From Malacoraja senta (taxonomy: Eukaryota): a stretch of 20,000 nt of DNA. How positions within the stretch are numbered: position 1 is the first letter of the stretch; each line of letters starts with the position of its first letter. Location of the stretch: contig JAXLNO010000522.1 of assembly GCA_038087875.1 (NCBI GenBank), positions 55,030-75,029 on the forward strand, in the 5' to 3' direction. The notes under the pieces are model-generated. The model was not told the origin of the DNA, did no database searches, and saw nothing but the letters and a program-made list of their open reading frames with translations. Made by a program: the position numbers and the translations under genes. Below are positions 1-8,249 of this stretch, piece after piece.

Positions 1-69
1 GTTCCAATGTGACTGTCTTGTTCCAATGTGCATGTGTTGTTGGACTGTGCAGCTGATGGATGGAGGAGA

Positions 70-735
70 GAGAACTCAGGTACATGGTGTCAAGACCATA
101 ACCCCTTCCTCAATATCAACAAGATAAAGGATCTAGTTAGCGATTTCAGAATACATGGTGGAGTACATGCCCCAATCAGCATCAATGGTACCAAAGCGGA
201 AATCGATGCAAGCTTCAAGTTCCTTGGCGCTAATATGATCAACGATCTGTCGTGGACCGACCACGTTGATGCGATGGCAAAGAAGGCACACAATAGTCTG
301 TCTTTCCTGAGGAGATGGAATTTCACCATCTCCAGTGACCCCTGCAAACTTTTACAGATGCATTATAGGAAGCATACTCCTGGGTTTCATCACAGCTTGG
401 TTTGAGAACAGCTCTGGCCAAGAATGGATGAAATCGCAACGAGTTGAAGATGCAGCCCAGCCCATCACACAGTCCAGACTACCCACCATTGACTCCATCT
501 ACACTTCATGCTGCCTTGCGAAGGCAGCCTACATAATCAAAGGCTTATCCCACCCCGGTCATTCCTTCTTCTCCCTGCTCCCATGTTGCAGAAGGCACCG
601 AAGCTTGAAAGAGCGCACCACCAGACTCAGGAACAGCTTCATCCTCTCTGTTATAAGGCTTTGGAATGATCTTTCCATAAGTCAGGTTACTGTCACCTCC
701 ACCCCATTGTAGACATTGGACTTTATGGAACTGAT
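70..735 (+). mobile_element. Rex1/Babar-clade LINE, degenerate ORF2 3' fragment (duplicate at ~17106-17771)
   Basis: Frameshifted WCQDHN..LNINK.K.LV.DFR..FKFLG..I..DLSW..H....KKAH and FYRC.I.SIL...ITAWF...HPGHSFFSLLP..RR.RSL...TTRLRNSF..VIRL.N motifs. Confidence 0.8.
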
Positions 736-825
736 GCATACATATCTGAGACGGTCTCTATTCACTTATCCTTTGGTCACATATCAAAACTTCCAATGTC
801 AGTAATTCAGAGAGTCAGTAATTTT

Positions 826-1180
826 CATAACTTCATAAGTTCATAAAATATAGGAGCAGAATTAGGCCAGTTGACCCATCAAGTCTACTCCGCCGTTCAA
901 TCATGGCTGATCTATCTCTCCCTCTTAACCCCATTCTCCTCCCTTCTCCCATAAACCCTGGCACCCATACTAATCAAGAATCTATTTAACACCGCCTTAA
1001 AAATATTCATTGACGTGGCCTCCAAACATCCATTGACTTGCCAGCAAACGCCCATCATACATTAACACACCCATTCCTGGGATCATTCTTGTAAACCTTC
1101 TCTGGATCCTCTCCAAAGAGTTACGGGGCCCAAAACTGTTCTCAATACTCCAAATGCCATCTGACCAGTGCCTTATAAAG
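826..1180 (-). mobile_element. CR1/HER1-type LINE 3' end and ORF2 fragment (continues at 2042-2100)
   Basis: LERIQRRFTRMIPGM motif in ORF 997..1260 and a CR1-type 3' UTR (gaattaggcc...cccatcaagtctactccgcc..ttcaatcatggctgat). Confidence 0.75.
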
Positions 1181-1415
1181 ATGGACACAGAAGGCTGGAG
1201 TAAAACCCCTGTCCCACTTAGGAGACCTAAACAGCAACATCTGGTGACCTTGCCCGCCACCCAAAAAAAATCAAGGTCGAGGTGACCTGCAACCTCCTAC
1301 CACCTGCCACGCATGTGTTGAAAACCTTCCTCGACTATGAAGAAAACCGGCTTCGACTACACCTGCGACTAAAAAATTATCAATTTTTAAAACGGCAACC
1401 TATATTTAGTCGAGG

Positions 1416-1775
1416 GTACACAAAAAAGCTGGAGAAACTCAGCGGGTGCAGCGGCATCTAAGGAATGAAGGAAATAGGCAACGTTTCGGGCTGAAACCCT
1501 TCTTCAGACTGATAGGGGGTGGGGAGAAGAAAGGAAAAAAGGCGGAGGAGGAGCCCGAGGGCTGGGGGAGGGGAGGAGACAACCAGAGGGCTGATGAAGG
1601 GGAGGGGACAGCAAGGGCTAGCAGAATTGGGAGAATTCAATGTTCAAGCCCCCAGGATGTAGACTGCCCAAGCGGAATATGAGGTGCATTTCCTCCAATT
1701 TCCGGTGTTGCTCGCTGCGGCCATGGAGGAGACCCAGGACAGAGAGGTCAGATACGGAATGGGAGGGGGAGTTGG
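1416..1775 (-). mobile_element. Penelope-like retroelement 3' fragment: GIY-YIG C-terminus plus hammerhead motif (duplicate at 18450-18808)
   Basis: Minus strand 1773-1618 encodes NSPSHSVSDLSVLGLLHGRSEQHRKLEEMHLIFRLGSLHPGGLNIEFSQFC*. 11-bp TSD tttagtcgagg (1405-15 and 1776-86). Confidence 0.8.
1480..1507 (-). ncRNA. Minimal type-I hammerhead ribozyme motif of a Penelope-like element
   Basis: CUGAAGA-A-GGGUUUCAGCCC-GAAA-CGUU: conserved core, helix II and palindromic ACGU helix III. Confidence 0.6.
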
Positions 1776-2106
1776 TTTAGTCGAGGTTGGTTTTAAACAT
1801 GATGAAAAAATAGCAGCAACCTAGATGAAGCCTCGACCACGTGGAAACCACTTTCGACCATTAGGGAGAGTGACCTAATGGAAACCTCCGGTGACCTCAT
1901 GGAAACCTTGGGTGGCGGGCAAGGTCACCAGAGGTTGCTGTTTGGGTCTCCTAAGTGGGACAGGGGCTTAACTCAGCGGGACAGGCAGCATCCCTGGAGA
2001 GTAGGAATGGGTGACATTTTGTGTTGAGCCCCTTCTTCAGACCTTATGAAGCATCCCTGTCTTTTATATTCTAGTCTCTCAAAATAAACGCTAGAATTGT
2101 CCATAC

Positions 2107-2259
2107 CTTGGTGATCTCTGCCTGGACGCTGATATTGAGTTCCGATGTGGTTTCTTCCAGATATTCCATTTTATCCGCTGGGAAGGTGGTGTCGGGCAGC
2201 ATCACTGAGCACACACACACTCCGTCACTGTTAACTGTCCCATTGAAGGCCTTGGAAAT
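2107..2259 (-). CDS. olfm4: OLFM4-like (left copy), 153-bp CxC-motif exon
   Basis: Nucleotide-identical to 19140-19292 with the same AG/GT splice sites. Downstream exons of this copy lie left of the window. Confidence 0.92.
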
Positions 2260-2350
2260 CTGTAACCACATCAACATTGGGTTAATAGCAGAGCAAAGAT
2301 TCTGGTGATGCACAGTTCCTGAATAATTCCCATTCAGTCACATTAACATC

Positions 2351-2760
2351 TCAGTTTCAGTTTCAGTTTAGTTTATTGTCACGTGTCCCGAGGTACAGGA
2401 TAAATGCTTTTGTTGCATTCTAACCAGTCAGCACTAAGACAATACCTGATTACAATCGATCCATTTACACAGTGTACAGATACATGATAAGGGAATAGCG
2501 TTTAGTGCAAGGTAAAGCCCGCAAAGTCTGATCAAGGATAATCTGAGGGTCATCAAAGAGGTAGATAGTAGTTCAGCACTGCTCTCTGGTTGTGGTAGGA
2601 TGATTCAGTTGCCTGATAACAGCTGGGAAGAAACTGTCCCTGAATCTGGAGGTGAGCGTTTTCACACTTCTGTACCTCTTGCCTGATGGGAGAGGGGAGA
2701 AGAGGGAGTGGCCAGGGTGCATCTCGTCCTTGATTATGCTGCTGGCCTTGCCGAGGCAGC
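2351..2760 (-). mobile_element. Rex1/Babar LINE 3' end with (AAACT/AAACTG)n tail (duplicate at ~19384-19793)
   Basis: RCLGKASSIIKDEMHPGHSLFSPLPSGKRYRSVKTLTSRFRDSFFPAVIRQLN plus the tail. The same family occurs at 4333-4605, 6586-6715 and 16550-16975. Confidence 0.8.
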
Positions 2761-2943
2761 GTTGCTGTTGCTTTTCATTTGTATGACTGACTTGGCAAAT
2801 GAAATTCCTCGTATGTTGCAAAACCTACTTGGCTAATAACGTAGTATTGTGAATGTGATTAGAGGAGAAGAAGGGGCCAGTTTGCTTCACGTATCGTGTG
2901 GAGTCAAGCATTTCCATCCAGGCAGTCTGGTTGTGGTTGCAGT

Positions 2944-3033
2944 TAGACACAAAATGCTGGAGTAACTCAGCGGGACAGGCAGCATCTCTGGAGAGAAGGA
3001 ATGGGTGACATTTCGGGTCGAGACCATTCTTCT
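2944..3033 (-). mobile_element. Penelope-derived terminal repeat fragment with a degenerate hammerhead
   Basis: gacacaaaatgctggagtaactcagcgggacaggcagcatc...gggtgacatttcgggtcgagacc, the same family as 1186-2041, 4747-4876 and 5170-5260. Confidence 0.7.
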
Positions 3034-3206
3034 GTGTGTGGTGTTACGTTGACCAGAACAGTCTTGGAGAAACAGCCTGGAGGAGATTGACTGCTCTTGT
3101 GCATTAGTCAGTCACAGTGAACTTGACTTTACTCAAACACAGAACGAACTGGGGGGGGGGGTGAAGGGGACAAGATTATCTCAGGCAAAATGAGAAATAA
3201 ACTCAC

Positions 3207-3266
3207 AGAGATCTGGGTAGAGGGCTCCAAGATCGCCACAATCAGCAGCAGGAACGATATCGTCAT
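3207..3266 (-). CDS. olfm4: OLFM4-like (left copy), first coding exon: signal peptide (exon 3207-3283 including 17 nt of 5'UTR)
   Basis: Not in the ORF track. ggcataATG has A at -3 and encodes MTISFLLLIVAILEPSTQIS with a hydrophobic core. TCT|GTGAGT phase-0 donor joins in frame to ISKAFNG. Pyrimidine-rich acceptor ttccttctgcag at 3284-3295. Confidence 0.85.
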
Positions 3267-3480
3267 TATGCCTCCCTGTTCACCTGCAGAAGGAAGTGTT
3301 GCAGAAGAGATTAAGTACCCAACCCTTCAGGTAGCCAGGCAACCGCACAGAATGGAAACGGAAGCGTTTGACTTTAGTTTATCATCACACGAAGAGCTTT
3401 TGCTGCGTGCTAACCCGTCAGTGGAAAGACAATACATGATTACAATCAAGCTGACCACAGTGTCCAGACACAGGATGAAA

Positions 3481-3913
3481 CTGTTGGCTTATACTCGCTA
3501 GAATTTAGGAGATTGAGAGGGGATCTTATAGAAACGTACAAAATTCTTATGGGGTTGGACAGGCTAGATGCAGGAAGATTGTTCCCGATGTTGGGGAAGT
3601 CCAGGACAAGGGGTCACAGCTTAAGGATAAGGGGGAAATCCTTTAAGACCGAGATGAGGAAAAACTTTTTCACACAGAGAGTGGTGAATCTCTGGAACTC
3701 TCTGCCACAGAGGGTAGTTGAGGCCAGTTCATTGGCTATATTTAAGAGGGAGTTAGATGTGGCCCTTGTGGCTAAAGGGATCAGGGGGTATGGAGAGAAG
3801 GCAGGTACGGGATACTGAGTTGGATGATCAGCCATGATCATATTGAATGGCGGTGCAGGCTCGAAGGGCCGAATGGCCTACTCCTGCACCTATTTTCTAT
3901 GAATCTATGTATC
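3481..3913 (+). mobile_element. CR1 LINE 5'-truncated copy, inserted in a Rex1 3' tail
   Basis: RGDLIETYKILMGLDRLDAGRLFPMLGKSRTRGHSLRIRG...FFTQRVVNLWNSLP; (CTATG)-type tail; atgaaa repeated at both junctions. Confidence 0.88.
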
Positions 3914-4023
3914 TATGAAAGGAATATTGAGAATAACGTTCAGTGTAAGAGAAGCATGGTCAACGTAAGAAATGCTGCCGTCGGAGTAAAGATTTAAAAG
4001 AGTGGTGCAATAATGCGTGGTTC

Positions 4024-4330
4024 AGGGCCTGTCCCACTGTACGAGGTAAATCAAGAGTTCTCTCGAGTTTCCCCTGATTCGAACTCGGAGAAATACGGTA
4101 ATAGCCGCTCGGAGGTACTCGGGGCTCTCGTGGACATTTTTCAACATGCTGAAAAAACTTCACGAGCTTACCGCATTTCCCGAGTACCTGCCGTTAGCGT
4201 TACGAGCCGCTAAGAGACGTCCCGAGCTCCGACGTACCCGCTACGTACATTCTACGTACTTACCACGAGTTTGATTTTTTTTTAAACTCGGGAGAGCTCT
4301 TGAATTACCTCGTACAGTGGGACAGGCCCT
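4024..4330. mobile_element. Harbinger-like MITE, second family
   Basis: ~47-bp TIRs AGGGCCTGTCCCACTGTACGAGGTAA(A/T)TCAAGAG(T/C)TCTC(T/C)CGAGTTT. The TSD is imperfect (tca/tta). No coding capacity. Confidence 0.82.
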
Positions 4331-4746
4331 TAAGTTTAGTTTGGTTTATTGTCACGTGTACCGAGGTACAGTGAAAAGCTTTTGTTGCGTGCTATCCAGT
4401 CAGTGGAAAGACAAAACATGATTTCAATCGATCCATTTACAGTGTGCAGATACATGATAAGGGAATAGGTTTAGTGCAAGGTAAAGCCAGTAAAATCCGA
4501 TCAAGGATAGTCTGAGGGTCACCAATGAGGTAGATGGCAGTTCAGCACTGCTCCCTGGTTGTGGTAGGATGGTTCAGCTGCCTGATAACAGCTGGGAAGA
4601 AACTGGGCAGAGATAGATAGATTCTTGATTAGTACGGGTGTCAGGGGTTATGGGGAGAAGGCAGGAGAATGGGGTTCGGATGGAGAGATAGATCAGCCAT
4701 GATTGAATGGTGGAATAGACTTGATGGGCCGAGTGGCTTAATTCTT

Positions 4747-5260
4747 GTCTGAAGAAAGGTCTCGACCCGAAACGTCACCTATTCCTTCGCTCCATAGATG
4801 CTGCCTCACCCGCTGAGTTTCTCCAGCATTTTGTCTACCTACAATTTTTCCAGCATCTGCAATTCTTTCTTAAATCATTCTTCTCTTATCACTTATAACC
4901 TCCTGACCTCATGACAACCCGGCAATATGAATATTGACTTCCCTAACCTCAAGTAACCCTTGCTTTCCCTCTCTCTCCATCCCTCCCCCATCCTAGTTCT
5001 CCGACTACTTTCACTGACCTCCTGATTTAATATTACTTGGTAAACCTCGCTGGCACTTTCCTCAGCTAACAATGATCTCTTCTACATTTTCCTTGATCTT
5101 CGTCCCCGTGTGATCTCTCGTTTTCACGCCTTGACCTTCCATATCCCCCGTTTCCCTCTCCCCTGACTCTCAGTCGGAGGAAGGGTCTCGACCCGAAACG
5201 TCACCCACTCCCTCTCTCCCGTGATGCTGCCTGCCCCGCTGAGTTACTCCAGCATTCGAT
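4747..5260 (+). mobile_element. Two Penelope-like terminal fragments (4747-4876 inserted in a CR1 tail; 4915-5260 with GIY-YIG end)
   Basis: attctt duplicated at 4741-46 and 4877-82. caacccggcaatatgaatattgacttccctaacctcaagtaa translates as QPGNMNIDFPNLK*. Hammerhead cores at 4749 (intact) and 5175 (CGGAGGA, degenerate). Confidence 0.72.
4749..4776 (+). ncRNA. Minimal type-I hammerhead ribozyme motif of a Penelope-like element
   Basis: CUGAAGA-A-AGGUCUCGACCC-GAAA-CGUC, with a GUC cleavage triplet. Confidence 0.6.
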
Positions 5261-5399
5261 GTCCTCATGGGCTGATTCACATCATCTGGATTCTTGCTCT
5301 TCATTGCACCAGTGTTGAAAACCCCGAGTTAAACGTTCCGTCAAAGTAAACCTCGATCAGATAATCTCTGCTTCTGAAACGGTGAAGATTTTGACTTAC

Positions 5400-5464
5400 C
5401 GATCTGTCAGTGAGTAAGAAGTGAGTGCTGATCTTGTGGAGTGTGGACGCCCAGTGCAATAAAT
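5400..5464 (-). other. Putative non-coding first exon (5'UTR) of the left OLFM4-like gene
   Basis: Consensus donor CG|GTAAGT at 5394-5399, located in unique (non-repeat) sequence. The start is estimated ~28 nt below the TATA box at CCATTT. No upstream ATG. Explains the acceptor in front of the signal-peptide exon. Confidence 0.7.
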
Positions 5465-5484
5465 GGTTCCACAGAAGACCGTCC

Positions 5485-5660
5485 ATTATATAGGCAGGTC
5501 CTGGGAACACATCACTCTGTTATCTCCCTCTGCTGTTAATGGTGCCAGCAGTTAGCTGGATGGGTAAACTAAGACGGTGAGATCAAGCACCAAGATTACC
5601 GATAAAACCTCACCGGGTGACAGCTGTGCTTCAGAGGCCACAGCGCGAGATAATTTCTTT
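5485..5660 (-). promoter_or_regulatory. Putative TATA promoter of the OLFM4-like gene with nearby GATA motifs
   Basis: TATATAAT on the minus strand at 5485-5492. AGATAA at 5520-5525 (minus) and 5648-5653 (plus), CGATAA at 5600-5605. Confidence 0.6.
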
Positions 5661-5733
5661 TGGGGCCCGGAACTTGATTGAAGTTTGCCTGTCAAGATGA
5701 AGCTAATTAACTACCAATGAGTTACTGTACATC

Positions 5734-6253
5734 TTGAGTCTCTCTGAGGATCCTTCAATGCTTCTACTCTGGGGCTGTAGAAAGCATCTTGTCCAGCAGC
5801 ATCACAATCTGGTTTGGCAACTGCTCTGCCCAGGACAAGAAGGCTCTGCAGAGAGTAGTGCGTTCGACTGGGAACTACACTCGCCCCCCTGCAGGACCTA
5901 TACACCAGCAGGTGCAGATCCAGAGCCAGCAACATTATGGGGGACCCCTACCACCCCAGCAACGGACTGTTCCAGCTGCTACGGTCAGGCAAACGCCTCC
6001 GCTGTCACGCTGTGAAAACAGAGAGGATGAGATGGAGTTTCTACCCACAGGCCGTCAGGATTGTAAACTCTGATCTCACCAGGGACTAATTTACTGTTGT
6101 GTTGTGTCTTATTAAAAATAAAAATTCTAACATGTAAATACTGATTCTGTTCTATTCTGTTCTGTAGTTTTTGCACAATCCGCAGGCATTGTCACTTTCA
6201 TTTCACTGCACATCTTGTATGTGTATGTGACATAAAGTTGACTTGACTTGACT
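5734..6253 (+). mobile_element. Rex1/Babar LINE 3' fragment with (GACTT)n tail
   Basis: ESILSSSITIWFGNCSAQDKKALQRVVRS motif; ends in ataaagttgacttgacttgact. Confidence 0.8.
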
Positions 6254-6791
6254 GTACATCCTTGGGCTTCCAAGATGGTTCTCCAAGATGACAACAGCTT
6301 CCAAGATGGCACCCAACCCAGCTGAGCCACAGTAGCAGATCTACAGACTCATGTTACAATCGCTCCACACTCTTAAATCTCTGATCCTGCAGCGACATTT
6401 AAGGTGATAAGGGATAGGTGTAGAATTAGGCCATTCGGCCCATCAAGTCTACACCGCCATTCAATCATGGCTGATTTATCTCTCCCTCCGAACCATATTC
6501 CCCTGCCTTCTCCCCATAACCTCTGACACCCGTACTGATAAAGAATCTATCTATCTCTGCCTTAAAAATATCCACTGACTTGGCCGTACTTTATACACTG
6601 TAAATGGGTCGATTGTAATCATGTATTGTCTTTCCACTGACTGGATAACACACAACAAAAGCTTTTCACTGTACCTCAGTACACGTGACTTGAAACTAAA
6701 CTGAACTGACCTGAACTGGGCTTAACTTGTTTGGCCAAACTACAAAAGAGGGACCAACAGGAAGGAGATTACATAAATGCAATAAGTTGGA

Positions 6792-6927
6792 CGGGGTGGG
6801 AGATTGCAACCTTCACGTGGTCCGCCCTGTTTCGACGAATGCAATCAACCTGGCGTGCACAATCAAATAAGATCAAATAGAACAAGTTGTCCTGCAACTT
6901 TAGGCTGTGCACGCCATACACAAGAAG
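6792..6927 (+). mobile_element. Short non-autonomous retroposon with HDV-ribozyme head and AAG tail, copy 1
   Basis: Flanked by aataagttgga (6781-91) and aataaattgga (6928-38), a TSD with 1 mismatch. Ends in CCATACACAAGAAG and is homologous to 13904-14063. Confidence 0.8.
6793..6846 (+). ncRNA. Minimal HDV-like (CPEB3-type) self-cleaving ribozyme, copy 1
   Basis: P1 GGGGUGG(6793-99)/CCGCCCU(6822-28) with G1.U wobble; P2 GAUUGCA(6802-08)/UGCAAUC(6840-46); P3 ACC/GGU; L3 UUCACGU; P1.1 C6814-G6829; P4 reduced to UUCGA; J4/2 CGAA with catalytic C at 6836. Confidence 0.85.
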
Positions 6928-6995
6928 AATAAATTGGATATCAAGCCACATGGAAATTTGAGGATCCAGTGGTCCTTTAGAAAACATGATTTACC

Positions 6996-7247
6996 TGGTG
7001 GCACAGCTGGTAGAGCCAGTGACCCAGGTTCGATCCTGACCCTGGGTTCTATCAAGAGAGGACACAAAGTGCGGGGGTCACCCAGTTCTCCAGAGATGCT
7101 GCAGGTTTGTAGGTTAATTGGCTCGGTATAAATGTAAAACATTGTCCCTGGTGTATGTGGGATAGTGCTAGTGTACGGGGATCGCTGGTCAGCATGGAGA
7201 TGATGGGCCGAAGGGCTTGCTTCCGCGCTGTATATCTAAACTAAACA
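6996..7247 (+). mobile_element. tRNA-derived SINE (HE1-like)
   Basis: A-box TGGCACAGCTGG, B-box GGTTCGATCC, and a CR1-like 3' end gatgggccgaagggc..ttccgcgctgtat with (AAACT) tail. Confidence 0.75.
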
Positions 7248-8050
7248 AAACTTAAAATATTTGTGCAATTTATTGGTGTCCTTGGATGGATGTTGTGAAT
7301 AACATGATAACAGTGAACGCATTAAACTTAGATTTCCAGAAGCCATGTGGCAAGCTGCTGCCCCAGGGTTTATGGTAGAAAATAACACATATCGAATAAG
7401 AAATGTGTTAGTGTGTACAGAAGATTGGCCGGATATCAGGAAACAGAGGGCAGATGTAAATGGGTCTTTTTTGGCTGTCAAGATGGACAAGAGGTTGTTG
7501 CTCCTCAATTTACAGGTTTTATTAATCTAGCCATTAATGTCTTGATGGCTTAATGTTCTGTTTACACAATGATAGAGGAAAGTAAGTTGAGACAAGAAAA
7601 AAGGGTTAGGGAAAGGTGAAATGAGTGGGGAGAGGAGATACAAGGAACTACAGATGCTGGTTTACAAAGAAAGGACACAAGTGCTGTAATACCTCAGCAG
7701 GTCAGGCAGCATCTCTGGAGAACATGGATGGATGATGTTTCCAGTCTTTACGTTAGTTTAGTTTGGAGATACTGCGTGGTAATTTGTGGTAAGCTCACTT
7801 GTAGCATTGAAAAGGGGGATTCTGAGACCTGAGTACACGTCGTGACGTAGCACCTTCCCGCAAATGCTGCTCTGGTCCCTGTTAACGGCAGATGGGCCAG
7901 CAGGAGATGAAGAACCAGCACCTTGGACAGCGTCTACCTGCTGGAAAGCAGCAGCACCTTGGACTGGCAGACTGGGTGAGGTGATCCATGGGAGGGTTTG
8001 ATGGTTCAGCAACACACTGTGTAGGAAGGAACTGCAGATGCTGCTTTCAT

Positions 8051-8208
8051 CTGAAGATAGACACAAGAAGCTGGAGTAACAGGCAGCGCCTCTGGAGAGA
8101 AGGAATGGGTGGCGTTTCGACCCTTGACCCGAAACGTCACCCATTCCTGCTCTCCAGAGGCGCTGCTTGTCCCACTGAGTTACTCCAGCTTTTTGTGTCT
8201 ACCTTCAG
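8051..8208. repeat. Inverted repeat formed by two head-to-head Penelope terminal fragments
   Basis: 8051-8119 is the near reverse complement of 8130-8208 (ctgaagatagacacaagaagctggagtaac versus gttactccagctttttgtgtctaccttcag). Confidence 0.85.
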
Positions 8209-8249
8209 CAGAGTGCGGAGGGCATGTCAAAGCATGACAGAGACATGAC

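Larger units (their letters stand above)
1204..1968. mobile_element. PIF/Harbinger-like MITE (duplicate at 18238-19001)
   Basis: ~60-bp TIRs A(A/G)CCCCTGTCCCACTTAGGAGACC..GGTGACCTTGCCCGCCACCCAA with a TAA TSD (1201-03 and 1969-71). Removing it restores ctggagTAActcagcggg of the host repeat. Confidence 0.85.
1..2967 (+). repeat. Segmental tandem duplication, copy A (period ~17,033-17,036 bp)
   Basis: Colinear with 17037-20000, including all nested TEs. About 40 differences by hand count. Confidence 0.97.

Noticed and set aside
28..712. Two 125-aa ORFs as host genes
   Set aside because: Frameshifted Rex1/Babar ORF2 remnants in an intron.
2013..2040. Functional hammerhead
   Set aside because: GAAA has become AAAA and helix II is disrupted. 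The cores at 3006-3033 and 5175-5202 are similarly degenerate.
3190..3501. 103-aa plus-strand ORF
   Set aside because: Antisense to the signal-peptide exon and runs into repeat sequence; no homology signal.
5301..5510. 69-aa minus ORF as a coding first exon
   Set aside because: Its ATG overlaps the TATA box upstream of the likely TSS, and it reads through the GTAAGT donor.
6802..6870. Reading the short retroposon as a coding LINE ORF2 3' remnant
   Set aside because: No convincing protein motif in any frame. The base-pairing pattern and shared 5' boundary explain it better as a ribozyme.
6996..7050. Possible tRNA gene
   Set aside because: Only A/B boxes with no full cloverleaf; it continues into a SINE body and tail.
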